A DNA stretch of 63,614 nt, filler included, from Octopus bimaculoides (GCF_001194135.2; 4 parts of 3 records of this genome joined end to end with filler, not necessarily neighbours in it), one strand, 5' to 3'; positions 25,615 to 39,169 are shown, counted from the first letter of the whole stretch. Numbers and translations are program-made. Notes: generated by a model from the letters alone, not told the origin.

Positions 25615-26292
25615 CAACAGAGTGTAAGTATCTTGAGAGAAAAGTTGAGCATAAGAAGCATCCGATGTGGTGTGCAAGAGAGATAATTGTACTGGTATGG
25701 TCATGTGATGCATATGGCTGAGGACAGCTGTGTAACAGTGGAGGGAACCTGTGGTAGAGGGAGACCCAGGAAGACATGGGACAAGGTGGTGAACCATGAT
25801 CTTCGGACTTTAGACTTCATGGAGGCAATGACTAGTGACCAAGACCTCTGGCAATATGCTGTACTTGAGAAGACTCATCAAACCAAGTGAAATCATAATC
25901 ATGGCTGATGCTGGTGTCACGAAACTGGCACCTGTGCCAGTGGCATGTAAAAAGCACCTTTCAAGCGTTAGGCCTCATGGAGGCAAAGACAAACGACTGA
26001 GACCTTTGGCAATATGCCATGCTTGAGAAGAAGACCCATCAAGCCAAGTGAAATCATAGTTATAGCAGATACTGGTGTCATGCCAGTGGCACATAGCATC
26101 CATGCCAGTGGCACATAAAAGCACCCATTACACCCTCAGAGTGGTTGGCGTTAGAAAGGACATCCAGCTGTAGATACCATGCCAAATCAGACTGGAGTTT
26201 GGTGCAGCTCCTCAGCTTGCCAGCTCTGGTCAAACTGTTCAACCCATGCCAGCATGGACAATGGACATTAAATGATGATGATGATGATGAGG
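25615..26292 (+). mobile_element. RTE LINE 3' end with UTR and (GAT)n tail
   Basis: ORF 25687-25890 WYGHVMHM...GRGRPRKTWDKVVNHDL is an RTE C-terminus. Confidence 0.88.
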
Positions 26293-26293
26293 A

Positions 26294-26361
<68 letters not shown>

Positions 26362-26479
26362 AATGAGCTTTTTCCACTCTCTAGGATTTAGTTGACCTGG
26401 TGATGTCCTACAGAGTTGGACTGAACTTGGAACCATCTGACAAGTACACACACACATGCACATACTCTCTCACACACAC

Positions 26480-26649
26480 ACACTCACTGCCATGTAAAAG
26501 CATCCAGTACACACTGTAAAGTGGTTGGCGTTAAAAAGGGCATCCAGCCAGAGAAACCATGCCAAATCAGACTGGAGTCTGGTGCAGCTTTCCAGCTTAC
26601 CAGCTCTGCAAAGCGTCCAATCCATGCCAACTTCGACAATGGACATTAA

Positions 26650-26703
<54 letters not shown>
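26480..26703 (+). mobile_element. RTE 3'UTR-derived repeat with long (GAT)n tail
   Basis: Similarity to family C. Confidence 0.8.
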
Positions 26704-27494
26704 CACATACACACACAGATGTAACGGCAGGATTCTTTCAGATTTTGTCTATGAAGTGCACTCACAAGGTTTTGGTTGACCTCAGGAAGCTCAAGTAAAA
26801 AACACTTAACCAAAGGTGCCATGCAGTGGGACTGAATCTGAAATCATAGGGTTGGGATGAGAGGTCGACTTTTCCTTTCATCCTTTTGGGGTCAATAAAA
26901 TAAGTACCAATCAAGCACTGGGGTCTATGTAATCAACTTGTCCCCCTTCTGCAAAATTTCAGGTCTTGTACCTATAGTAAAAAGGATTATTACTATTATT
27001 ATTAATATTTTTCTGTAGGAAAAATGAGGATAAACACAAATTTATATCAACCCTTAGGAAACAACAGAGTTGATCTTTTGCCTGAAAAGTTGAATGACAA
27101 CGAAGATTATATTAATTCATTCAATTTCCTGCAAAAATATATATAGCTTTATACATGTAAAGTAATTACATATAAAGTAATTATTTTTTGAAAAATAGGT
27201 GCATTCCTTCTGGGCTTGTGAAAGGGTTCCATCTTCTTGGCACTGAAACTCCAAATGAGGGTTTGTCTCTAAATGGTTAAAGTGTTCTATGAGAATCTGC
27301 CATAGTTAAGCATCTTCATGTATTTGGAACATGTATTGTAGGACTCTAAACAACCATAATGGTGAAACACATGTAGGAACTTTACTATAAATTTGTGTTT
27401 ATCCTTGTTTTTCCAACAATAGCTCTGGTGCTTATAATGAATAACACTACTCTGTATAGCAGTTACACAAAATGAAAAACCAACACAGCACCCA

Positions 27495-27842
27495 TCATCA
27501 TCATCATCATCATCATCGTTTAACGTCCGCTTTCCATGCTAGCATGGGTTGGACGATTTGACTGAGGACTGGTGAAACCGGATGGCAACACCAGGCTCCA
27601 GTCTGATTTGGCAGAGTTTCTACAGCTGGATGCCCTTCCTAACGCCAACCACTCAGAGAGTGTAGTGGGTGCTTTTACGTGTCACCCGCACGAAAACGGC
27701 CACGCTCGAAATGGTGTCTTTTATGTGCCACCCGCACAAGCCAGTCCAGGGGCACTGGCAACGATCTCGCTCGAAAATCCTACAGGAGCCAGTCAGGCGG
27801 TACTGGCAACGGCCACGCTCAAAATGGTGCATCTCATGTGCC
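27495..27842 (-). mobile_element. RTE 3'UTR-derived repeat (young)
   Basis: Nearly identical to the reverse complement of 36000-36280. Confidence 0.85.
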
Positions 27843-27942
27843 NNNNNNNNNNNNNNNNNNNNNNNNNNNNNNNNNNNNNNNNNNNNTTAATTAATTAANN
27901 NNNNNNNNNNNNNNNNNNNNNNNNNNNNNNNNNNNNNNNNNN
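27843..27942. other. Scaffolding spacer gap (N-TTAATTAATTAA-N); same spacer at about 47339-47438 and 62373-62472
   Basis: Identical ~100-nt pattern three times. Other N gaps: 5502-5511, 16278-16509, 34271-34460, 35319-35896, 41601-41610, 43315-43324, 51486-51850. Confidence 0.9.
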
Positions 27943-27985
<43 letters not shown>

Positions 27986-28273
27986 GAATATATATATATG
28001 AATATATACATACGTACATATATATATGTGTGTGTGCGTGTGTCTTTGAGTTTGTGTTTGTCCATCACCACTTAACAATTGGTGTTAGTTTGCTTCCATC
28101 CTCATAGCTTAATGTTTGTTTATAAATAAGTCCTGGGGTTGATCTGTTTGACTAAACCTTTGAAGTCAGTGTCTCCAGTATTGCTGCATCTGAAGACTGA
28201 AACAAATAAAAAGATAAAAGATAAAAGCTATGTATATAAGTAAATAAAAACAATAGAAAAGATTGTCAAGTTC

Positions 28274-28961
28274 TACAGCTGTTTCAAAAAGCACATTGGA
28301 TATATTTTACAAACATTATGAATGTCCTGTAGCTTTCCATGTACTTTCTCTTCAGACATTTTAACTGAAAATAGTTTGCTGTAGAAGTGCATGCCAAACT
28401 GGGCTAGCAGAAAAAGAAAAAACTCAAAGGAGGGGGAGTGGAGTGGAAATTGGAATTAGTAAAGAACCAATGGTGTGCCTTTCTCATCAATTACCTTAGT
28501 AAGTTGGATAGGAAGAATGTGGTTTCATTTTGTTATCAGCACACTCAAAGTTTCCTTTCTTTCTCCTTCCCTGGTTTCCCTATATAAGATATTATTACTT
28601 ATTTTTATTTGTCCAAAGCAATAAACATCCCAGCTTTTAGCAAACTGGCTTCCCATCATTGATGTGACATATACGTTAATGTGATTATAATCTACTGTGG
28701 CCACAACAAAAATTTGAGTATTCTGATAATGAAATGAAGCCACACTATCTATCTCACTAAGGTAATCTGTGAGTAAGACACCGTTGTTCTTTAATGATTC
28801 CAGTACTCAATTTTTTTTTTCTGCTAGCTCAGTTTTGCATTCTCCTCTATAGCAGACTATTTTCATCTAAAACGCTGAATCAGAGAAGAAAGCAATGCAT
28901 ACAGCTACAGGATATCTGTAATGTTATGTAAAATATGTCCAATGTGCTATTGAAACAGTTG
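28274..28961. repeat. Fold-back element with ~150-bp diverged inverted arms (28274-28425 and 28805-28961)
   Basis: CAGCTGTTTCAA..GCACATTGGA..TATTTTAC..GCTAGCAGAAAAA aligns to the reverse complement of the right arm. Confidence 0.75.
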
Positions 28962-29250
28962 TTGTACTCAATAACCTCTTCCATTCCTTTTATTTATAGA
29001 TTTGATTATTGAATTATAAGTGACACCTGTTGCTTTCATAAATAGAGTGATAGCATTTGTCATCTTAACAGAATTTTCAGTCTAATCTCAATATGGGATG
29101 AACTGTATTGGGTTCATTGATTAATAAGTTCTATTGATCAATTAGCAAGTCATCAGTATTTTCTATACAAGCTGTGTTTATGCTAGAGAATAACCAACTC
29201 TTTTTTACCATGACCACTCCAATGATTCTACTAGATTTCGCTCTTTCTCT

Positions 29251-29255
<5 letters not shown>

Positions 29256-29296
<41 letters not shown>

Positions 29297-29321
29297 GTAT
29301 ATATGTACATACATATGTACG

Positions 29322-29355
<34 letters not shown>

Positions 29356-29388
29356 TGTATGTATGTATGTATGTATGTATGTATGTAT
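29256..29388. repeat. (TA)n/(TATG)n compound microsatellite
   Basis: Seen directly. Confidence 0.95.
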
Positions 29389-29569
29389 GCGCACATATTG
29401 GCAAACAACTGAAAAATGCAGCCTACTTAATTTACTAACAAGATTTTCTACAAGTAGCCTAATTAGGCTCCATTCTTCAGTTGTTTGGAAATCTGATTGA
29501 AGAATAAAGGCAGACTTGCTCTTCCAGCAGGAAACCCAAAGTATTGGATAAAATGCTACCTGTATTTAA

Positions 29570-29581
29570 ATAATAATAATG

Positions 29582-29644
<63 letters not shown>
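29570..29644. repeat. (TAA)n microsatellite
   Basis: Seen directly. Confidence 0.95.
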
Positions 29645-29645
<1 letters not shown>

Positions 29646-30070
29646 CCTCTGGCGATAAAACTTAATCTATTTCTCACTATATACTTTGAACTGATGACAG
29701 ACATTACATACAGGCAATCGTGAATTAAAAGTTACATGAAATTATGAAACAATTATGTTTAAGAAAATGTAATGAGTAAATATAATAAAACTAGTTAAAG
29801 AAACATTATTCATATTGTATATTTGGTGTTATTTTTGCTAAATACCATGAGCAAATCATTTATGTTTCTATATCTGTGCTGTGTGTATGTGTGCATGTGT
29901 TTGTGTGGTGTGTATGTGTTACATGATGCAAATCACTTCAGGACTAAATAGTAGTGAATGTCATTGGTTGAAAGTTTGAGATAAACCTGCTTTTGCTCAA
30001 GAAACCATACTGTTGTATTTTTTTTGTTTTTGCATATGGATTGTACAACTTGAAAGGAAAATAAATTTTT

Positions 30071-30181
<111 letters not shown>

Positions 30182-31145
30182 TATGTATACACATACATAT
30201 ATACAAAGATACATGCATGTATACTCTTGCTCAATATGAGTAAAAATGAACTAGACATGTTGGAATTATCTCATAATGCTATTTGGAGAAACAACCTGAC
30301 ATAGTGTAGTGGAGAACGATCTTACTATTGCTGAGTTTTTAAACATTACTTTAATTTTAGATACCCATAAATTTAGTCCTTACATTATCCTGATAAAAAA
30401 TTATTTCATATGAATAGATATTCCAACTACCTTGCATTTTACGTAATTTAATTCTTAACATTAGTAAATTATATCATCATCTTTTATCAGTGTCTCTCAT
30501 TATTATGCTTGTAATGCTGACATCTCAGAGAAAATATACCTACCTAGAGTTCCTGAGTATAAAAGTAAGCAGTGGAAAATTCTGTGGTATAAACTAATAT
30601 ATAGACTGAATGTGAGAACAAACTTAGCTGAAGAGTTTCTAAATTTAATTTCCATTCATGTTTCAGTGAACCACGATCATCAAAATCTTTAATAGAAATT
30701 CAGTTAACTATGCTTCCTTTAAAAACTATGCAAGTTCCATTAGTAATTACAATCGATGCTAAAATATTTTCTATTATAACTAATTCATTCACTGTATTTA
30801 CCCATAACTGAATCAACCATAACACTTGCCCACTAAATGATACTGTCTAATGAAGTCATCAGTACACTGTTCCAAAATACACCTAGATAACAATTGTGAA
30901 CTGAAATCATATACTGGATTAACCAAATATAATTTCAAGAATTGTTTACATCAACATTGACAAATTAGCATTGACACCAACTAGGAAATTCACACCAGAC
31001 CTTTCAAAATACATTTGGTTCTTGGAAGAAAAAGTTTACATACATTTAAAGTCTTTTTGTCAGTGATTCTGGTTAGGTTTAAATTTTGTATTACAGTATA
31101 TTGAATGTCCACCTAGTGGTCATCCCTTATACACACGTATATATA

Positions 31146-31191
<46 letters not shown>

Positions 31192-34031
31192 GTATAAAGA
31201 AAATAAAAGAGGAAAGCTTGTTTATAAGATATTTAGTTACTTCATCTTGTATGATTTTCATTAAAATGAATAAATGTCAGCATTATATGTAAAATCTTAT
31301 AAGCCAATCACATTTTCAGATCAAATCTTCAAAGATTCCATAACTCTCATTAGTCAGCTTTAATATTCATACTGTACTGTTGACAGCATTGTCATATTGA
31401 CTACTACAATAATGAGTGCAGTCTATTTTAAACACTAAAGATTACTAAAGATAGTTATGCAATGTCTGAAGATTTGATAATGCAATCAACTTATAAGATT
31501 TTCCTTTTATAACATATATATTCATTGTTAATGACGTCTATATAAGATGATGTAGCTAAATATTTTCAAACAAACTCTTCTGTTTTGTTTTACTTTCTAT
31601 ATGTACTCTGTGACCAACCCAGTTGTAAAGTCCAACTAAATGAAACTCAGAATATAATAGGAGTCCTTCTTAGAATTTCCTTTGGATGTACAGGAACATG
31701 AATGGAGTTCTAAATATTGATTGTCATGCAGTTTTGATCTAAAATGTACAATATAATTTTACACACACACATAAGGAGTGAGTGCAAGGAGGTTCGATAA
31801 GGACTATGACTTAACAATCATGCCTTCACACAATAAGAGAACCTAATTCAACAAATGAATGATTGTGGTTTTGATAGTAGTGAAGGTGGAGATGACATTG
31901 TCAATATTGATTGCAGTCATTATAGTGATGATGATGATGATGATGATGATTACAACAATGATAATGATGGTGTTGACAGCAGCCATGGTGCATGAGCAAC
32001 ATTGGTACTGGTTGTGGTTCTAGTCAGTAGCATAATTAAGAAGCTTCAAATGGTCAGTTCCTGGATTCTTAGCCAAGAATTGAAATCTTAGGCTCGACTT
32101 TTCTGTAAGCCACTTTCCATTGTGCTTGGCATTCCGTACTTGGAAACTTATGAGAGTCAACTGTCATACTCCATTCAACTTAGATAAGCCCTATTCTTTT
32201 CCTGAACATCTTAGGTGAAATTTAGTTCAACACTGATAAACTTCTTCACTTTCTTTGTTTACCAGACCTGCTTTCAACTTTTGAAAATGTATAGATTTGA
32301 TCCCACTTTGAATATTTTGGGACAATTCATTTTCCCTCTTAGATGTCCCTTATGTGTCACTTTCTATCGCCGACATTTGACATAAGCATTTCCTCAAAAG
32401 TTGAGCAGAACCTTGTCATTACTAACATCTTACCAATGGAAAATAGCTGACTACTTTGGAATCTGTACACTGCCCCTAAGGATATATAAAATCTATAAGA
32501 ATTTACTTCTGCCTCTGTTAATCCATTTTTGGTGCATATCACACAGGTTTTTAACTAGCCTGCTATCAGTGCTAATGACCAGTGCATCTGTTACATCTAT
32601 CAAGTAACACATATCCGTTGTAAGTCTATGGGGACATTTCATTTTGCACAACACTTTCATGGGGGTAGCACTTTTGGGTCCACTGTGAAGGTTTATATTG
32701 GCCCCAAGCCTAGAAGGGTGGCAAATGCAAGGGCTGCCCAAGGCGGCACTCACTCCAGCCATGCCATTGGTCATAGTAGCTATGGTAAGTCAATGAGATG
32801 GTGGTGCTGATGGTTGTGATGATATTAGTGGTTGTTGTAGCAGTTGGTGTGGAGATGGTAGTGGCGTTGATGGTGGAGGAAATGCTTTTGCTATCTTAAA
32901 GAAAAAAAAAACCTACAACACTAATCATTGATTGATGATTTTAAGCTTGTTTTTTTTTATACATTCATGTTTTGTTGTTATTTTCTTTAGACTTGTCTTT
33001 TCTCTCCTCACCTTAACCATTCTAATTGAACCCCCTAGCCCCCACCACCTCCACCAAACACTCACATACTGCCAATTATATGTTGCTAAGTAATCACGTG
33101 CACATTCCATGAAACTAAGGAAACCAGTGTACTTATTCTCTCTCTCCCTCTCTTTTTCTGTTGTGTAACTGACCACAAAAGAACTTTCACCTGACAGTTT
33201 TATCAAAGGCAAATGTGAAAATAAATACACTGTGGAATAATATACTGTTGAAAATCAGTTTTATTTATCTCAGGTAGTTTTTGGTTGGGTTTTAAAGCAT
33301 ATAACTCTATCTAGCAAGCCAGTTACAAAAACAACAGAATATTAAAAAAAAAAAAAGGAAAAAGCAGAAAGTTTTGAAAGCATAATATATAAGCTACAGC
33401 TTTTATGGCCTCAAATCTTACCTCAAAGAAAATATAAAAAACTGACATCATGTGACAAGTTACCTATTCTTCTATTTGATGCTTAATAATTTATTTCTCT
33501 TTTTTACTTTTTTTTTTTTTTTTTTTTTGGTGGTTGGGGTAGCACAATGTGCAGGTAGCAACGAAGGAGGTGTAACTATTTATTATAAAATCATATGTGT
33601 GGAGATGAGTGGGTGAAGAGGTATAATCATCATATATTATAGAATCAAATGAGTGTGTGTGTGTGTGTGTCTGAGGGCATAGTGTGAAAATAAAGGGAAG
33701 AATTGGAGGTAAAAGGGAGGGAGAGAAAGAGAGAGAGAGGGGGAGAAAAGGAGTTGCAGGGAATCTTGAGGTAGAGAGTGAGAAACATAAGTATAGAAGT
33801 GCATGAATGGCAAAGAGGTTAAGAAGTTTGTCTTTGTACCTCTGAGTTTCATCTCAGGGTACAACACACTTTGGGCAAGTGTTTTTGTGCTTATTTTTAT
33901 TTTCAATTTGCCTATGTGTGTGCATATCATCATCATTTAACGTCCGCTTTCCACGCTAGCATGGGTTGATGTTTGTGTGTTTGTATGTGTGTATAAATAT
34001 ATATACATATACAAATATATATACATATATC

Positions 34032-34072
<41 letters not shown>

Positions 34073-34079
34073 GCCTTGA

Positions 34080-34270
34080 TAGATCGCTGACCACTACATT
34101 TATATTTTTTTTCTCCTTGTTTCCCTCCTTATTTCTCTCTGTGTTCCTTTCAGTTGAAGAGCGTAGCTCGAAACGTCAAAGACTTTCTCTATTCCCGAGC
34201 GTTAAACTAATACATCCATTTGTTGTTTACACCACCTGTCTTCGTCTGTTGTTTTTTTCGTAAATTCTCC
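34080..34270 (+). mobile_element. PLE-type terminal repeat carrying a degenerate minimal hammerhead-like motif (34147-34181)
   Basis: Homologous to the reverse complement of 51860-52020; contains GAGC-GTA-GCTC-GAAAC-GTC. Confidence 0.6.
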
Positions 34271-35274
34271 NNNNNNNNNNNNNNNNNNNNNNNNNNNNNN
34301 NNNNNNNNNNNNNNNNNNNNNNNNNNNNNNNNNNNNNNNNNNNNNNNNNNNNNNNNNNNNNNNNNNNNNNNNNNNNNNNNNNNNNNNNNNNNNNNNNNNN
34401 NNNNNNNNNNNNNNNNNNNNNNNNNNNNNNNNNNNNNNNNNNNNNNNNNNNNNNNNNNNNGGTTCAACCCACTAAGGGATAGTATCTATCCAGTATACTG
34501 CTGGAAGGGTACCCAATTATTGCTACACTAGTGCTATACTAGGTGCAATCAATGGGAGCGGGTAAAAGTGGAGGTTTTACCCAAAATTTGTGTAACAATT
34601 AGAAAATGGAGGATAATATGCTGAACCCAACTACTTGCAGACGGTGTATCCCGTTGAATTCATTAATTTAATTCATAGCAAAAGTGACAAAAAAAGGAAG
34701 AAAAGAAAAAGAAAGAAAGAACCAAAGCACAGATGTCCATGGCAGACTATGTTATTTTGCCAACATGGTTTACATATAGAAGTACAAAGTACATAAGGAA
34801 TTAGAGGATGAACAGAAGTTTTATCTTACAGCTGTTTCGGCATATATATGTCATGATTATCATCATTGTTTTAACATCCACTTTTCTATACCTGCATGGT
34901 TCAGAATGCATTTGTTGAGCTGGATTTTCTATAGCCAGATGCCCTTCATGTCACTAACTTTACATGCTTCTAAGCAAGGTAATATATTCCCGCAACTAGG
35001 CATGCTTCTTACAGAAGACTGTAAACACAGAACCTTGCTTGTAGGACGATGATGCTCATTTTGCAGTCATCATGTGTTATATAGGCAAGAGTACGACCAT
35101 ATATTATGTTATATATATACATGATGGGCTTCTTTCAGTTTTTACCTACCAAACTCTACTCACTTGGTTTTTGTCAGCCTGTAGCAGGCACTTACCCAAG
35201 GTGCCATGCAGTGGGACCAAATCCAAGATCACATGGTTTGGAAGCAAGCTTCTTAACTACAGACCCATGCTTGG

Positions 35275-35318
<44 letters not shown>

Positions 35319-35967
35319 NNNNNNNNNNNNNNNNNNNNNNNNNNNNNNNNNNNNNNNNNNNNNNNNNNNNNNNNNNNNNNNNNNNNNNNNNNNNNNNNNN
35401 NNNNNNNNNNNNNNNNNNNNNNNNNNNNNNNNNNNNNNNNNNNNNNNNNNNNNNNNNNNNNNNNNNNNNNNNNNNNNNNNNNNNNNNNNNNNNNNNNNNN
35501 NNNNNNNNNNNNNNNNNNNNNNNNNNNNNNNNNNNNNNNNNNNNNNNNNNNNNNNNNNNNNNNNNNNNNNNNNNNNNNNNNNNNNNNNNNNNNNNNNNNN
35601 NNNNNNNNNNNNNNNNNNNNNNNNNNNNNNNNNNNNNNNNNNNNNNNNNNNNNNNNNNNNNNNNNNNNNNNNNNNNNNNNNNNNNNNNNNNNNNNNNNNN
35701 NNNNNNNNNNNNNNNNNNNNNNNNNNNNNNNNNNNNNNNNNNNNNNNNNNNNNNNNNNNNNNNNNNNNNNNNNNNNNNNNNNNNNNNNNNNNNNNNNNNN
35801 NNNNNNNNNNNNNNNNNNNNNNNNNNNNNNNNNNNNNNNNNNNNNNNNNNNNNNNNNNNNNNNNNNNNNNNNNNNNNNNNNNNNNNNNNNNNNNNNCCCC
35901 ATTTTTAATATATACTGCTCTTTCTATATCTTAGAGTGTGCTTCTTTTGGATTTATTTTTTTACAGA

Positions 35968-35999
<32 letters not shown>

Positions 36000-36002
<3 letters not shown>

Positions 36003-36282
36003 CCCCTGGACTGGCTCTTGTGCGGGTGGGACATAAAATACACCATTTTGAGCATGGCCAATGCCAATACCGCCTGACTGGCCTTCGTGCCGGTGGCACG
36101 TAAAAAGCACCCACTACACTCTCTGAGTGGTTGGCGTTAGGAAGGGCATCCAGCTGTAGAAACTCTGCCAAATCAGATTGGAGCCTGGTGTAGCCATCTG
36201 GTTTCACCAGTCCTCAGTCAAATCGTCCAACCCATGCTAGCATGGAAAGCAGACGTTAAACGACGATGATGATGATGATGAT
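36000..36282 (+). mobile_element. RTE 3'UTR-derived repeat with (GAT)n tail
   Basis: Family C similarity. Confidence 0.85.
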
Positions 36283-36319
36283 ATATGCGTCTGTGTGTAT
36301 ACGCATACATATGTATATG

Positions 36320-36352
<33 letters not shown>

Positions 36353-36669
36353 GTAGGTATATCAGTATGTGTATGCATATATCTTTTTTTCTCACATATC
36401 ACAGTGATAGATGTAAATATTAACAAGAAAACTGAAAAGCTAGTACTTCATGAACAGACTCCCTCGTGATATTTTTACACTGAATTGCAAATACTCCCTT
36501 GTCACTCTTACACTTATAAATGCAGTGAACCAGTGATTGAGTATTCTGGGTTTACCTGTAATCAATGACAACATTGGCCCAAAATTGAGGATAAACATAA
36601 ACAGAAAATAAGGAATGAGAGGCTGACAATGGTACCTTTTTGCAACAAGTGTGACAAGAGAGAAGGAGG

Positions 36670-36711
<42 letters not shown>

Positions 36712-36892
36712 ATAAAGGGAGAACATGAGAAAGTAAGAAACAATGAAGAGGTTCAGTATTGCTTCACTAAATGGAAAAGGCAGTGGAATATTACATAATC
36801 AACAGACAAGAATGTTGTTGTTTTTTTTAGTTTTTTGCTTATGTTTTTACAGTATGTTATCACTGTACTTCCTGTTGTTATTATTATGCATT

Positions 36893-37375
36893 TAAGGCGG
36901 TGAGCTGGCAGAATCATTAGCACACTAGGCAAAATGCTTAGTGGCATTTTGTCCATCTTTACATTCTGAGTTCAAATTCTGCTGAGGTCAGTTTTGCTTT
37001 TCCTCCTTTTGGGGTCAATAAATTATCAGCCATGTACTGGGGTTAATAAATTAAATACCAGTCACATACTGGGGTCAATGTAATCGACTTTCCTCTCCCC
37101 CAAAATTTCAGGCCTTTTGCCTATAGTTCAGAGGATTATTATGCATTAACAAAAGGCAGTAAGCTGGTAGAATTGTTAGCATGCTGGACAAAATGCTTAG
37201 CGGCATTTCATCCATCTTCATGTATTGAGTTCTAATTCCATGGAGGTCGACTTTGCCTTTCATCCTTTTGGGGGTCAGTAAAATAAGTACCAGTTAAACA
37301 CTAGGGTCAATGTAATTGACTTACCCCTTCCTCAAGTCTGCTGGCCTTGTGCCAAAAATTTGAAACCATTGTTAT
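36893..37375 (+). mobile_element. Two tandem SINE family A copies
   Basis: Heads at about 36895 and 37155. Confidence 0.8.
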
Positions 37376-37935
37376 ACATTAACAAAGTATAAGAATATCA
37401 GGAAAAAATCCAGAGAATAGTGTTGGTCTATTGTTAATAGATGCATGTATAGACAACATATAGCCAGTACCAACTAATTGTGTGTGTGTGAGTGTGTATC
37501 TGTGATTGTAAATCTATTTATTTCCATTATAAACTCATATTTTAAGCTTTCTCTCAAGCCATTTTGAAAAGATTTTAATAAAAACAGTTATTACATTAAA
37601 AAGGATTTTCAATAAGAATAGACACAAAGTTATCACTTGAAAAATGATTTTAAATCACCTTGACGTTTGTCAGTGTGAAAATAATTAGTAATAACACAAC
37701 CAGAAAAGTTCATTCCTATTTCCCTTTAAAACTGAAGAATTTAAATTGGAATCAAACTTTTAAGTTTTATCACTATTTATAATTTTGTTTTAAAGATTGT
37801 TAAGTTTATTGCTCAGACTATGTGTACTATCAAAGAACAGATAAGTGCTTTTTTTTTTGTTTTGCTCTGTAACAAACAATTTAGTACAGAATTAAAGAAT
37901 GTTTCTCTATGCAGAATTTTGACAAATGCCAACTT

Positions 37936-38047
37936 TTACTGCCAAAACAATTGTTTTTGCTTTTCTATTGCCAGCTCAGTGTTAACATCCTTTTTCTTTT
38001 TTCCTGTAGACTGATTTTTATCCAGTTTTTCTTCTAGTTCTGCATAT
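37936..38047 (-). CDS. Candidate exon of an unidentified gene
   Basis: Open frame YAELEEKLDKNQSTGKKKKDVNTELAIEKQKQLFWQ, followed by TAA or by a CA|gtaaaa donor. The acceptor (ttgag) is weak and no homology was recognised. Confidence 0.22.
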
Positions 38048-38861
38048 CTCAATGAAATCAATATTCTATCCAATTTAGTTATATGGAAAATGAGATTTTC
38101 TTTTATATAACTGGTTTATGTAGGTTTAGGGTTTTAGCAAAGATGCCCTTAGTGATAAGGGAAGAGAAATCATTATGGAAATCTAGACTTTTAAATCCAA
38201 CATAAGGTCATCAAGACTTCTATTATTATAGATATCGATAGAGTTTGAAGTATTGAAAGGAACTTTGGAAAAATACATGGTTGTGATTGCTATCATCCAG
38301 AAGTTATTACTTTGATCTTTTTTTTTATGTGTGTGTTCCATTTACATATTGCTGTTCATGAGAACAACATCAGTTATATAACCAGCTTTGTGAGAAAGTT
38401 CATTGATGACCTAAATAAGCGAATATCTGATTAATTTTGACAAACATCACATAATGTTGCTTTCATTCATATTGTTTATGTGAGTTACATAGTCTAGAAG
38501 CCTAGGAAGGAAACAGGAAATTGCAATATTCATGCCTTTTCAAAGAGAAGAGGTAATCCAAAGGAAGTGTTAGGTTAGAGTAGTCTGCTGGGCTGGATAT
38601 TGAGTTACATTTAAAGACAGTATGATGAAATATTATGGCTATAGAAAAAAATCCCAAATCATTGACCAGAAACTATAGCCATCATTGTCATTTGCCATTA
38701 GACAGGGCTCAATAATGGCTGTAGAAATGCTAGACAGGGGAAAACTGAGTTCTGCCTTCTCTGGTCTAATATGTTGCAGCAGTTTTCCCTTTATAAGTAT
38801 ACTATAGATTTTATTACCAACAACAGCAGTGACTTCAACAGATTCATAGTCAAAATACAGG

Positions 38862-39050
38862 TGCAAGTATGGCTGCTTGGTTGAAAAGTGTTCACTTTGC
38901 AACCCCATGGCTTCAAGTTCAGTCTCAGTGTATGACATCTTGGACAAGTGTTTTCTACTATAGTTTCAGGTTGACCAATTCCTTGTGAGTGAAGCTGGTT
39001 TATGGAAACAATGCAGAAGCTCATTGTATGTATGCGTGTGTGTGTATGTG
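38862..39050 (+). mobile_element. SINE family B, 5' half
   Basis: Head and CTTGGACAAGTG segment. Confidence 0.7.
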
Positions 39051-39169
39051 TGTGTTCTTTTCTGTTTTTAATTATTTAAAATCATTTAAATACTTTCTCA
39101 GGGGAAGGAGCTGGTTTCTACCAAAGATACAAAGCTCCAATATTGAAATGTAGTTAACAAAAACAATGT

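Noticed and set aside
27887-27898. Recurrent TTAATTAATTAA palindrome (also 47383-47394 and 62417-62428)
   Set aside because: Artificial scaffolding spacer centred in N runs.
30830-31020. Two phase-compatible mini-exons (NQMYFERSG... / CILEQCTDD...)
   Set aside because: 67-nt intron, no good downstream donor and no recognisable homology; chance is plausible.
32357-32810. Cluster of 60-93 aa ORFs
   Set aside because: No recognisable domain or splice-consistent structure; possibly decayed transposon, but unsupported.
35072-36077. ORFs of 236-323 aa (and others at 16244, 34207, 51388)
   Set aside because: They only read through N gaps.
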